From positions 1 to 64,000 of the forward strand of contig JAQBGU010000095.1 in the NCBI GenBank assembly GCA_032128375.1: a DNA stretch of 64,000 nucleotides, read 5' to 3'. Under the pieces are notes generated by a model. That model was not told the DNA's origin, searched no databases, and was given only the letters and a program-made list of their open reading frames with translations. The translations under genes were made by a program, and so were the position numbers. Positions 53,073 through 63,113 of this stretch are shown one piece after another (position 1 is the first letter of the stretch; every line of letters begins with the position of its first letter). Origin of the DNA: Deltaproteobacteria bacterium (GTDB lineage Bacteria > Myxococcota_A > UBA9160 > SMWR01).

Positions 53073-53411
53073 CTAGCCGGGCGGCCAAGCGAAATCTCGT
53101 CCGCCGAGAACGTGGATGTGCAGGTGGAAGACGCTCTGGCCGGCTCCGGCGCCGTTGTTCACAACCACCCGAAAATTCTCGAGACCCGCCTCGGCAGCCA
53201 CCCTGTTCGCGACCCGTAGCAGATGACCCAGCAGCGCCTCGTCATCTGAACCGGCTTCCGACAATGTGGCAAGCGATTTGCGCGGAATGACCAACAGATG
53301 CGTGGGTGCCTGCGGATTGAGGTCGCGAAACGCGAGCGCTCGATCGTCTTCGTAGACGATGTCCGCCGGCGCCTGCCCCCTGGCGATTTTCCCGAAGATC
53401 GTGTCGGTCAT
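53073..53411 (-). CDS. hinT: Histidine triad nucleotide-binding protein (HIT)
   Basis: [32 protein letters not shown]. Confidence 0.93.
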   Translation of the reverse strand: MTDTIFGKIARGQAPADIVYEDDRALAFRDLNPQAPTHLLVIPRKSLATLSEAGSDDEALLGHLLRVANRVAAEAGLENFRVVVNNGAGAGQSVFHLHIHVLGGRDFAWPPG

Positions 53412-53730
53412 TCGCGTAGTCGCCAGCCTGCCGAAACGAACTCGGCCCCGCAACACGCCGACCCGCTCCAAAAGTGACTTGGAGTCCGATTTTTTTTCGA
53501 TGGCCTCATAGTCGCGCAGCAAGCGACGGAAGTTCGGTCCGCAACGAAAGAAATTCGTTGTAAACCGCTTGGCGCCGAGGGTATAACGTTTCAAACGGGG
53601 GGAAAGCCCGACTTGAAACCTGTTGTTCGGGACCGTGCGGTTCGCGTTGGGCAAAATCTCTGAAACTCATCATCGACGTAGGCTTCGGCGGGCTTCATTC
53701 TGGGAATTTGCGCCACAAGAGATTTCATTC

Positions 53731-53786
53731 GTGTGTTGCGCGTTGTGTGTGCGGGTTTGTGTGTGAGTGTGTGTGAGTGTGTGTGA
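53731..53786 (+). repeat. GT-rich simple sequence repeat in the leader of the DUF1302 gene
   Basis: TGTGTGTGAG-like 10-mer about three times, plus flanking GT runs. Confidence 0.8.
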
Positions 53787-53814
53787 AGGACGTGTCTAGG
53801 AACAGGGAGGTGGC

Positions 53815-56800
53815 ATGGTAGGTCTTATTGCTGAGTGCAGTTTGAAGAGATCGGCTGCATCGATTGCAGCAGTCTTGGGTGTCGGACTGCTTCTGTCGAG
53901 CTCCGCTGCTGCACTCGAGGCCTTTGACGGACGCCTCCAGGCGCACGGTTTCGCCGAAATGCAGATCCGGGCATTGGACGAAAAATTCGAACAGCAACTC
54001 GACCTGGCGCAGTGGTACAACGTGCTCAACGTCGAGCTCGAGTTCGACATCCTGCCTGACGGCTGGGGGCCGATCGACTTACTCAGTGCCTACGTGCGAG
54101 TCGAAGGTCGCTACGATTGCGTGTACAAGCGCGGATGCGGGATGTTCAGTTCGGCGGACGCCTACGGCGACAGGGCCCACCGGGTCCCCGACCGACTCGC
54201 TGACGGCGAAGCCTCGGATTTCGGCGGTGTGATCGAAGTGGGACAACCACTTCGACAAAACCCGACCAACACCATCATCCCGCTCAACGGCGCCCGCTAC
54301 GCGAACATCAAAACTTTCCCCCAGGTTAGTTGTAACGGTGTCCAGTCACCCTTTCCGACGTGCCCTCCCAATCCGAACGGAACTCCGGTGGTTGGCGTAC
54401 CAACCGGCAATTCTGTTTCCTTGACGACCGCCGACGGCATCGTCAAGGGCGAGGTGATCGATAGAGACCCGACGACACTTCCTTCCGGTTTTACACCCGT
54501 CAACGGTGAGATCATCGAGGACCAACCCGGCCGCACTGTCCGCGGCCTCTTTGCGGGCTTGCTGGACCAGCAGGGCGCAGACGACCTGCCAGATACCCTT
54601 GATGATCCGTTCCGATACGTGATGTCGGATTTCCTCGATTTCGGATTCACATTCAAGGACGTCAGAAACGGCAATGGCGCCGCCGGAGCCAACGTTCTCG
54701 GTCCCTGGCTGCCGAAGAACTTCATCGAGTCGAATGCGTCACTGCGCAACAAGGCCAATCCGTTCCGCGGCCGTCTGACCCCGTCTCCGGCCCCGGGTGT
54801 AAGGGGATTCCTTCGCTACCACACGGCAGATCTGGTGATCAACGGCATCGGCGGGCCTGACAACCCCAACAACCCGTACCTGGCTATGCCGGACATGTTT
54901 CCGTCGGACGCGGTGATCCAGTCGCCAGACGGGGGGCCGTTGACGCTCCTGGATATCCTTCCGCCGGACCTGGTCATACCGGGGACGACAACCCGCGGTA
55001 CGTTCCTGCTCAGGAACAATGCACCGGCGATCTTGACTGACGGCACGGCGGAACTGTTCAAACAGGTCGGAACGAATGCATACGGCGGCGACTTCAGCGG
55101 CATCGTCCCGTGCGTGAACGCCGATAACCGCCAGGGCTTGCTGTTCACCGACCAAATCCAGGGGAGCACCCCTGGGCACGTCCCACAGGCCGGTTGCGCC
55201 CCGGACATCAATTTGCGGGTGATCGGCGGCACCGGGGAACTGCCGCTGCGCCCGGCCCCGTTCGTCTCCGCCTCGGCGGGCGGTTTTGACCCGACCGTCG
55301 CCCAGGGGCTGTACATCCCGAGCGCAGGCCTGATTCAGTATTTCAACGAGGGCGACTTCGATAGCCTCGACATGAATTTTCGCGAGTCCGAGCGGGCCTG
55401 GAATCGCGGTGCCAGCCAGCAGGACACGAAGGAGTTGAAGGAGGCGTACGTCGACATCGAAGTCCTCGATAGCCGCCTGTGGGTGCGACTGGGTTTGCAG
55501 CAGATTGTTTGGGGCAAGACGGAGTTGTTCCGCACCACCGACCAGTTCAACCCGGTTGACCTCGCGCTAGCCAGTCTTCCAAGCCTCGAAGAATCTCGCA
55601 TTGCATTGAACGCTGCGCGATTCATCTACTCGTTGTATGAAGTGGGCCCGCTCGAAGACGTTCGGCTCGAGTTCGCATTCAATTTTGACCAGAACCAACC
55701 CGCTGACCTCGGCGCTTGCGGTGAGCCATACACGATCGACCTGGTTTGCTCACTGACTTTCGGCACGTTTGCCCATAGCTACCTCGGCCTCGGTGTGGCG
55801 GGTATCAACCGTCCGGCGGATCCGTGGAAAGATCTCGGCGGCCTCGAGATTGGCGGCCGCGTCGAGTGGCGTTGGGACCGGTTCAGTTTTGCGCTGACCG
55901 ACTTCTATGGCTACGACGACTTCCCGACGATCGAGTCGATCATGACGTTCGAACGCAACGTCGACATCGAGTCCGGGCGACCGCTGATCACGCGCTTCAA
56001 CCCTGAAAACGCTCGCGGCACCTGCAGAAACGACACAGCTGTCGACGCAAACGGCCTACCGTTGAATCGCCAGCTCTCCTCGGTGACGGTCGCTGGAATC
56101 GGGACGGACCCCGACTGCCTGAAATTCGGCGCACCCGGCGCGGATTCGCCTCAAAATGCGCTGCAGTTCCACCACGCCAACCAGCAGGTCTTCGCGTGGG
56201 TGTGCGCCGTCACGGTCGGCATCGCCGCGGGGCTCGACCCGGGTGCCTGCGCGTCGACGCTGTTCAGTTCTGCCGAGAACATCCAGGTTCTCAATATTCC
56301 GTTCTCCGAGGTGATCACCGCACTTACCGCGGCCGACTACCGGACCAACTCGTTTTTCAGCACGATTTCGAACGCAACATCGGGATCTCCTTTGCCGGCT
56401 TCCACTGTGACTCCGACCCAGGCGTTGAACCGTGACGCCAACGACGGGTTCATCAACGTGCTGTTCGGAACGAATATGGACTGCGGAGGGGGTGTCGGGG
56501 GCCCCGCGGCTCAGGGTTGCGGCAACGGCTCGTTTTCGACGAACGGGTTCATCAACCAGTTGCCCACCATCGGCTTCACCAATACCAACGCCGACGGCGC
56601 CCCGGCTGGCAACCTGTTTGCCAAGTGGCTGCCGTCACGGGACGACTTCATGACGCTCGACAGCACCCTGACCAACGAACAGCGGGCGCTGCTGGGCTGT
56701 GGTCCGTTTTGGGGAACCCGCTGCGACTCATCAGCGTCGGCGCTCGACTTCGATTGCACTGGCCAGGCGGGTTGTCAGGACGTCGCCCTTACCCGTGCCC

Positions 56801-58584
56801 TCTTCTTTGACCAGGTCACGCCGGGCTCGTTGCAGCGTGGCGGTGGCATCGACCTGCTCAATATGGAAGGCAGCGCGTTGGTCCAGGCGTGGGGCGGCGT
56901 CGAAGGAACCCAACCGGGTTATGTCGCGGTCAGTATGGCCCAAGCACCGGGCACGATCAATTTCCAAGGTGGCCCGGTCTGCACACGCTATGTGCCTGGC
57001 CAAGCAAAACCGATCGTACTGCCGGGCTGCCGTGGGATTGACAGTTTTGTGATCACCGATAGCGAGGTGATCTTCACGTTCCAAGACAACTACGACCCCA
57101 CGGTTGACGGCTGCCTGGTCGCTCCAAACATCGGTAGCGGCGCCAACCTCCACACGGTCAGGACGGTCTACGGGGACGGAACTGATTTCACCAATTCCGC
57201 CGGCATGATGTCGTGCTTCGGTCAGTTGGCACCTCAGACCGGCGACTTCGACCCCAACGGGCCTGTCCCCTCGACCTACACCCCCTGTTCCAATTTCCAG
57301 AACGATGCAGCTTGCCAGGCCCAGATCGCGGAGTTCCTGAACAAGGCGAACTCAGACAGCTCTCGTGGAACCTACCAGTCGGCTTCTCGGCCCAACGAAC
57401 CGATCTACATCGTCAATTTTCAGAACGCTTCGACACTCTATCATCCCTTGGCGGGCTGTTTGGACGCAGATCAGATCGCTCTACAGATCGCCGCTCGCCC
57501 GACTCTCGGGCCGCGCTGCAACTCGAAGCCGATCATTCCCGGTCTCCTCAACCAGAGTCCGACTCCCGTTGAATGTCAGGTAATCGTTCCTGGGTGCCAA
57601 TTTCGTCCAGCAGAAGGTGGTTTCTTCTTGCCGGCTTCCGCGGGTGGCGAAATCGCTCGCGACTACGATGCCGAATTCCTGATTGGCGAAGCGCAGATCT
57701 TCAAGAACGAGCTGGCGGCCGTATCGTGGAACTTCGGCTTATTTCTGGTCGTTGCTTCGGGATGCGACGACGAAATAGAGAGGGATCAGAACCCGGCGTG
57801 TTTCGATGGGGAAAAGCCTTTTGCACTCGACCGGTGCTCATTCAACCAGATGTACCAATGTTCGGCCATCAAGGGCATTCTCGGATTGGTCGGCGTGCAG
57901 CGCAACGTAGTCAAGGCCGGAGGCAACGGAACCTACGGACGCCGCACGCTGTTGTGGCACGGTGGTCAGGAAGTCGTACTGAACTACAACAAGAACAACG
58001 TGTTCGGGTTTTCCACCGACTTCGCAGAGGACTACACGAAATCGAGCTGGGGTATCGAGTTCACCTGGTTCGAATCGGTGCCATTTGGCAACAACGACGA
58101 ATTCGACAATTCCAAGAGCGTCGACACATTGAATTTGACAGTTTCTGCGGACCGCCCGACGTTCATCAACTTCCTGAACGCAAATCGCACGTTCTTCTTC
58201 AATTCGCAGTGGTTCTTCCGCTATGTCAATGGTCACTCCCATGGCACCACCGGAGATGAGTGGGATGTGTTGTTCACGTTCGCAATGTTCACCGGCTACT
58301 TCCAGGATCGGTTGAATCCATCGCTCGTGACCATCTATGACTTCAACTCGGAATCGGGTGGTGTCCTGACATCGATCAACTACCGCTTCACGGAAGCGTT
58401 CTCGGCCACGATGGGAATCTCGCTTTTCTTCGGCCAAACGGAACTGAACGACATGCCGGTCAATCCCATCGGTCCGCCGGTCAACCGCGCCGGCCCCAAT
58501 GCCTACAAGGATCCCGGAGAGCGGTTCATCTCGAATATCCGAAAGCGCGACGAAGCCTGGCTCCGCTTGCGCTGGACGTTCTAA
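53815..58584 (+). CDS. Giant DUF1302-type outer-membrane beta-barrel protein with Cys-rich insertions
   Basis: RBS GGAGG; signal peptide; ELKEAYVD, RLGLQQIVWGKTELFR..D..NPVD; C-terminal LRWTF. Confidence 0.82.
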   Translation: MVGLIAECSLKRSAASIAAVLGVGLLLSSSAAALEAFDGRLQAHGFAEMQIRALDEKFEQQLDLAQWYNVLNVELEFDILPDGWGPIDLLSAYVRVEGRYDCVYKRGCGMFSSADAYGDRAHRVPDRLADGEASDFGGVIEVGQPLRQNPTNTIIPLNGARYANIKTFPQVSCNGVQSPFPTCPPNPNGTPVVGVPTGNSVSLTTADGIVKGEVIDRDPTTLPSGFTPVNGEIIEDQPGRTVRGLFAGLLDQQGADDLPDTLDDPFRYVMSDFLDFGFTFKDVRNGNGAAGANVLGPWLPKNFIESNASLRNKANPFRGRLTPSPAPGVRGFLRYHTADLVINGIGGPDNPNNPYLAMPDMFPSDAVIQSPDGGPLTLLDILPPDLVIPGTTTRGTFLLRNNAPAILTDGTAELFKQVGTNAYGGDFSGIVPCVNADNRQGLLFTDQIQGSTPGHVPQAGCAPDINLRVIGGTGELPLRPAPFVSASAGGFDPTVAQGLYIPSAGLIQYFNEGDFDSLDMNFRESERAWNRGASQQDTKELKEAYVDIEVLDSRLWVRLGLQQIVWGKTELFRTTDQFNPVDLALASLPSLEESRIALNAARFIYSLYEVGPLEDVRLEFAFNFDQNQPADLGACGEPYTIDLVCSLTFGTFAHSYLGLGVAGINRPADPWKDLGGLEIGGRVEWRWDRFSFALTDFYGYDDFPTIESIMTFERNVDIESGRPLITRFNPENARGTCRNDTAVDANGLPLNRQLSSVTVAGIGTDPDCLKFGAPGADSPQNALQFHHANQQVFAWVCAVTVGIAAGLDPGACASTLFSSAENIQVLNIPFSEVITALTAADYRTNSFFSTISNATSGSPLPASTVTPTQALNRDANDGFINVLFGTNMDCGGGVGGPAAQGCGNGSFSTNGFINQLPTIGFTNTNADGAPAGNLFAKWLPSRDDFMTLDSTLTNEQRALLGCGPFWGTRCDSSASALDFDCTGQAGCQDVALTRALFFDQVTPGSLQRGGGIDLLNMEGSALVQAWGGVEGTQPGYVAVSMAQAPGTINFQGGPVCTRYVPGQAKPIVLPGCRGIDSFVITDSEVIFTFQDNYDPTVDGCLVAPNIGSGANLHTVRTVYGDGTDFTNSAGMMSCFGQLAPQTGDFDPNGPVPSTYTPCSNFQNDAACQAQIAEFLNKANSDSSRGTYQSASRPNEPIYIVNFQNASTLYHPLAGCLDADQIALQIAARPTLGPRCNSKPIIPGLLNQSPTPVECQVIVPGCQFRPAEGGFFLPASAGGEIARDYDAEFLIGEAQIFKNELAAVSWNFGLFLVVASGCDDEIERDQNPACFDGEKPFALDRCSFNQMYQCSAIKGILGLVGVQRNVVKAGGNGTYGRRTLLWHGGQEVVLNYNKNNVFGFSTDFAEDYTKSSWGIEFTWFESVPFGNNDEFDNSKSVDTLNLTVSADRPTFINFLNANRTFFFNSQWFFRYVNGHSHGTTGDEWDVLFTFAMFTGYFQDRLNPSLVTIYDFNSESGGVLTSINYRFTEAFSATMGISLFFGQTELNDMPVNPIGPPVNRAGPNAYKDPGERFISNIRKRDEAWLRLRWTF

Positions 58585-58734
58585 TCGCGAAACGCAGCAG
58601 CCTGAGCGAGATCTATCTCGGCGAGCGAAGTTCGAGCGGGCAGCCTCGACAGTCGAAGAGCAGACTCTCTTCGATCGCGATTCAGTTCTCGAGGAGGTGA
58701 GCAGTCGAGGCTCGCTAGCAACGACGTGCGCTGA

Positions 58735-60201
58735 TCAGTGCCCGCGAAGCAAATAGTCGGTCGACGTCATTCGCTGCAGTGACTTGTCTTCGGGCGGAAC
58801 TGAGCGGATGTCATATGCCTCGCGCCGCCATCCACTGCCACCGTCCGCCACATGAAAGAAGACCGCAGCGACTGGGTCGAACACCGCCGCTCGAACGTCT
58901 GCCGGCCAGTGCGGGTAATCGATCACATCGCCGCTGAATCGGTGTACCGGTATCCCGATGTCCACCAGCAGTCCCCTGCTTCTTCGTGTGATGATGTACA
59001 GCGGCATCTGGGTCTGATAGTCGACGTAGATCTGTATGAACTGGAATCCCTCATTCTCGGTGCGGGCTGAGCCCTCCAAAACGATGGCCAGACGCACCTC
59101 CCAACGGTCATTCCCAACTGACAACCCCATCGAGCCGAAATTCCGCTCCAATTCGAAGGGATAACCCGAACGGGTCGAATTAATTGGGGCGAGAACCTCG
59201 CGCTCTCCCAATACACGCCAGTGGTACGCGTTCGGCCGCAAGGCGAAGTCGGTAAAACCAGAGGGGATGTGTTCCGTGATCGCCGCCGAAAGCGCCGACG
59301 TCGGGCTCACCGATCCGGTGGGTGTCTGCCCATTCGAGCCGACGGCAAGGCTACCGCCCCCGTGATCGCCCCCTACGCGATAGCGGGGCGTGTACATGCC
59401 ATCGACCCAGGAGGTGGCCGCACGGCGAACCTTGCGCATCGTCGGCACATACACGAACGTCGAATCGGTCGTCAGGTAGTTCTGTTCGGTCTTTACCGGG
59501 CGCATTTGACGCCATGCCAGGTGGCGTGCGTCGAACGGAGTATCGAAGCGTCCACCGCCAATCCACAGGTTTTCTTCAGAGCCCGGGAAAACGAATGCCG
59601 TATCGACCAAGTCGGATCGGTGCCGAGTGCGCAGCTGAAAGAAATTGCCAGTGTAGACCTGAATTCCGCCGATCCGGCTCGGCATATCGGTTATCCGAAA
59701 CTTCCCGTGCGGTCCGGCGCCGCGATATCGGTGCTCGAGATTCCAAGCCCACCTGATGCCAGCATCTGGGCTGTTGTTGTCGATCGAAGCTGGCGGAAAC
59801 GGAACCCCCGCAACATAACCCCACAGGTTCCCGTCCTCATCGACACCCGCTTGGCCCGAAAACTGCTCAGTCGCGTCCGAATAGTCTTTCGAGATGGGGT
59901 AGCGCCGGTGGCACGCGCCGAGTTCCATCCGCATCCCGTCGAAGAAGAAGATATTGCGGTGGCGCCAGACCTCGACCGGAATCAACTCACGCAACAGTAC
60001 GAGATCGCTGTAGCTCAGCATCATACCTTCACGAATCACGGTCGGCGTCGCATCCTCCACGCTGCTCACTCCGGGGCGTCCCCCGAGCGGCGGGCAATCG
60101 CCCTGATCGGGCAGTGTTGCGCCAGCACCCGATACGAGCAGGCTGGCGGTGAGAAATGACGCGACGAACAGAGCGACGCGATGGGGGGGGGATGTAGTCA
60201 A
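58735..60201 (-). CDS. DUF1329-family periplasmic protein
   Basis: GVPFP...DAG..WAWN; FVYVPTMRKVRR; WRVLGEREVLAP; RWEVR. Confidence 0.78.
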   Translation of the reverse strand: MTTSPPHRVALFVASFLTASLLVSGAGATLPDQGDCPPLGGRPGVSSVEDATPTVIREGMMLSYSDLVLLRELIPVEVWRHRNIFFFDGMRMELGACHRRYPISKDYSDATEQFSGQAGVDEDGNLWGYVAGVPFPPASIDNNSPDAGIRWAWNLEHRYRGAGPHGKFRITDMPSRIGGIQVYTGNFFQLRTRHRSDLVDTAFVFPGSEENLWIGGGRFDTPFDARHLAWRQMRPVKTEQNYLTTDSTFVYVPTMRKVRRAATSWVDGMYTPRYRVGGDHGGGSLAVGSNGQTPTGSVSPTSALSAAITEHIPSGFTDFALRPNAYHWRVLGEREVLAPINSTRSGYPFELERNFGSMGLSVGNDRWEVRLAIVLEGSARTENEGFQFIQIYVDYQTQMPLYIITRRSRGLLVDIGIPVHRFSGDVIDYPHWPADVRAAVFDPVAAVFFHVADGGSGWRREAYDIRSVPPEDKSLQRMTSTDYLLRGH

Positions 60202-60346
60202 CGGAACCTCCTGGCGCTCGTTTGGCGACCGGGGCCCGCTAGCGCGAGCAATCCACCTCTCGGACTCGCTGAATCGAGCGGTTTGGGAGCCGGATTGATT
60301 CTATCGTACCTTTCGATGCTCTCGTTGCCGGAGATGAACAGGGTCT

Positions 60347-61267
60347 ATGGCACGTCGTTCCGTCACGTTCCCCGTCACGCTGGGTTTCGTTCTCAGTGTG
60401 CTGGCGCTCGTGCTCGCGGTGGGCTGGGTGTTGGTGTTGTTTGCCGACAGGCCGGTTGCCGACACCGGGCTGACGAGTCTCGATTGGGTGCTGCTGGTGT
60501 TGGGGATAGCGCTTTTCGTGCTGATCATCATTGGGTTGGTCTGGCTGTGCGCCTGGCTGGTCCGAGAGATGCGGCTCAACCAAAGGCAACACGCGTTTCT
60601 CGATGCCGTCACTCATGAAATGAAGACGCCACTCGCTTCGCTGCGCCTATACCTGGAAACCCTGGTGAAACACGATCCGCCCAGGGATAACCGTTCGGCG
60701 TTCCTCAGCCGGATGGCCGAAGATCTGGAACGGCTCGAGCAGACCGTCGACCAGGTTCTCGCGGCCGCCCGTGCAGAGGAACCCGGCCGACACGCGAAGC
60801 TCCAAGATGTCGCGCTGGCTTCGGTGCTCGGCCCTTGCATCGATGAAGTCCGCGAGCGCCACACGTTGCCCCCCGAAGCCGTCAGCCTGGTCGCCGACGC
60901 ACACGCGATCGTTCGTGCCGACGCCGGCGAACTGGCGCTGGTGTTCCGGAACTTGCTCGAAAATGCGGTGAAGTACTCAGACGATCCGGTTGAAGTCAAA
61001 GTCGCTGTTTCCAACACGGTCGACGGCCGCGTTCGTATTGATATATCGGATCGCGGGATCGGAATTCCCGTCAGAGAGCTGCGGAAGATCTTTCAACGCT
61101 TCTATCGAGTCGGCCGTGACGTCCAGCGGACTGCGTCAGGACTTGGACTCGGCTTGTTCATCGTTCGCAACCTCGTGCGCCGTCAGGGTGGGCGGGTTGT
61201 GGCGCGCAGCGAAGGCTGGGGCGAGGGCAGTCGCTTCGTCGTTACGCTGCGTGCGGCCGGACACTGA
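60347..61267 (+). CDS. Sensor histidine kinase (2 TM, very short loop)
   Basis: THEMKTPL, NLLENAVKYS, DRGIGI, FYRV, GLGLGL. Confidence 0.93.
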   Translation: MARRSVTFPVTLGFVLSVLALVLAVGWVLVLFADRPVADTGLTSLDWVLLVLGIALFVLIIIGLVWLCAWLVREMRLNQRQHAFLDAVTHEMKTPLASLRLYLETLVKHDPPRDNRSAFLSRMAEDLERLEQTVDQVLAAARAEEPGRHAKLQDVALASVLGPCIDEVRERHTLPPEAVSLVADAHAIVRADAGELALVFRNLLENAVKYSDDPVEVKVAVSNTVDGRVRIDISDRGIGIPVRELRKIFQRFYRVGRDVQRTASGLGLGLFIVRNLVRRQGGRVVARSEGWGEGSRFVVTLRAAGH

Positions 61268-61277
61268 GGTAGCCACT

Positions 61278-61979
61278 ATGCCCAATATTCTGATTGTTGA
61301 GGACGAGGCCCACCTCGTCGATGGACTCACGTTCAACCTCGAAAGAGAGGGGCACGAGATCACGGTCGCCCGAGACGGGATTTCCGCGGATCGTTTCCTC
61401 ACGGATTCGTCATTGTCGTTCGATCTGGTTCTGCTCGATCTGATGCTTCCGGCAATGGGCGGGTTCGAGGTGGCCCGTCGGGCCCGAGCAGCGGGCAACT
61501 TCGTTCCGATCCTGATCTTGACGGCGAAAGACGCTCAAGGTGACTTGATTCGCGGGATCGAGGAGGGTGCAGACGATTACCTCACCAAGCCCTTTCATCT
61601 CGATGAACTGCTCGCTCGAGTCAAAGGTCTGCTCCGCCGCCGCCGCTGGGATGGAGTGGAGCGACAAAACGAGGACATGCGAGCTTTTTCGATCGGTGAT
61701 GTGACGGTTCACTTCGATCGGTTCGAACTCGATACGCCGCGCGGAACCATCAACCTGACCACGCGCGAACTGGGGCTGCTGCGCGCGTTGATCGATTGCG
61801 AAGGCGAGGCGGTGACGCGCGGTGAATTGCTGGAGAGAGTGTGGGGCCTTCGGCCCGACACGAAGACCCGGGTCGTGGACAGCTTCATTGTTAGACTCCG
61901 GCGATACATCGAGCCGGATCCGTCGGAACCGGTCCACATCGTCTCGGTACGCGGCCACGGCTACCGGTTGATTGCATGA
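61278..61979 (+). CDS. OmpR-family response regulator
   Basis: ILIVEDE, LLDLMLP, LTAK, GADDYLTKPF, winged helix VRGHGYR. Confidence 0.94.
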   Translation: MPNILIVEDEAHLVDGLTFNLEREGHEITVARDGISADRFLTDSSLSFDLVLLDLMLPAMGGFEVARRARAAGNFVPILILTAKDAQGDLIRGIEEGADDYLTKPFHLDELLARVKGLLRRRRWDGVERQNEDMRAFSIGDVTVHFDRFELDTPRGTINLTTRELGLLRALIDCEGEAVTRGELLERVWGLRPDTKTRVVDSFIVRLRRYIEPDPSEPVHIVSVRGHGYRLIA

Positions 61980-62031
61980 GACTTCCATTATCTGGTTGTG
62001 CTCCGGTGCTACAGCGTGCAACCCTGCCAAT

Positions 62032-62811
62032 GTGGATGAATCAGTGCGGATGCATGTCCAGCCGACACTTCGCGAGGCGCCGATGGTGTTGGCCTTCGAG
62101 GGATGGAACGACGCAGGCGAGGCCGCGTCGCGTGCGGCTCGGTACATCAGTGAAGCGATCTCTTCGGTACCCCTGGCAGAGATCGATGCTGAGGAATTCC
62201 TCGATTTCACGGTTCAACGCCCCACTGTGCGGACGGATCCAGCCATGGGGCGTGTCATCGATTGGCCGAGTCTGCGGTTCCAATTTGGCTCGCTGGATTC
62301 ATCGCGCGAGCTGGTGGTCGGCATTGGTGTCGAGCCGCACCTACGTTGGCGTCGATTCACCGAGGCAATCGCCGCGTTGGTAGAGAAACTCGGCGTTCGC
62401 CAGGTTGTGCTGCTGGGCGCCTACGTGGCAGACGTGGTCTATTCCCTTCCCGTCGGAGTGAGTGGGTTTTCGACACGGCCGGAGTTGCTCGAAGAACTCG
62501 ACGTCGAACCGAGTCCATACCAGGGGCCGACCGGCATCGTCGGGGTGTTGGCGGATCGTTTGGGCCGAACCGGCATCGAAGTCACGAGCCTCTGGGCCGG
62601 TCTTCCCAACTACATCAATGTCTCACCGAATCCGCGCGGTTCCCTCGCCCTGGTCCAGAGGCTGACGACGCATCTGTCGATCAAGATCGACGAAGAACCT
62701 CTGCGAAGCGACGCGGCCAGTTACGAGCAGCGAATCTCGGAACTCGTCTCCGCCGACCCGGAACTCACCGAGTATGTGCGAGAACTCAAGCGCCGAGAAT
62801 TCGCGCAGTAA
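62032..62811 (+). CDS. PAC2 (proteasome assembly chaperone-like) family protein
   Basis: AFEGWNDAGEAAS, DFTVQRP, GVEPHLRW, YQGPTGIVGV, SLWA.LP.Y. Confidence 0.85.
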   Translation: MDESVRMHVQPTLREAPMVLAFEGWNDAGEAASRAARYISEAISSVPLAEIDAEEFLDFTVQRPTVRTDPAMGRVIDWPSLRFQFGSLDSSRELVVGIGVEPHLRWRRFTEAIAALVEKLGVRQVVLLGAYVADVVYSLPVGVSGFSTRPELLEELDVEPSPYQGPTGIVGVLADRLGRTGIEVTSLWAGLPNYINVSPNPRGSLALVQRLTTHLSIKIDEEPLRSDAASYEQRISELVSADPELTEYVRELKRREFAQ

Positions 62812-62846
62812 GAAAGCCATCTCTCAATTCCGACTTTCGCGCAGTA

Positions 62847-63098
62847 CTATCGCAGCTCGATAGATTCCTCGATCAGCATCACCGGGATGCCGTCATCGAC
62901 CGGATACAGGATCTTTCCATCCTCTCTGACCAGCCCCTCCGATAGCGACGTCGTGACACGCTCGCCCCCGCGATTTTTCAGGCGTTCTGCTCGAATTTCG
63001 GCGTTCAACCTGGCCAGGACCTCCTTGGACGCCGGCGAGACTGATTGTCGGGTTTCCGGACAAACGAGAATTTCAAGTAGTTCCGAACTAACAGGCAT
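62847..63098 (-). CDS. Trm112 family protein
   Basis: ELLEILVCP...YPVDDGIPVML. Confidence 0.85.
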   Translation of the reverse strand: MPVSSELLEILVCPETRQSVSPASKEVLARLNAEIRAERLKNRGGERVTTSLSEGLVREDGKILYPVDDGIPVMLIEESIELR

Positions 63099-63113
63099 GT
63101 GAGACCCCACTAT

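Noticed and set aside
53731..53786. GU-rich leader pairing in trans with the CA-rich leader at 37028-37080
   Set aside because: Only about 7 nt of contiguous complementarity between low-complexity tracts, which is expected by chance.
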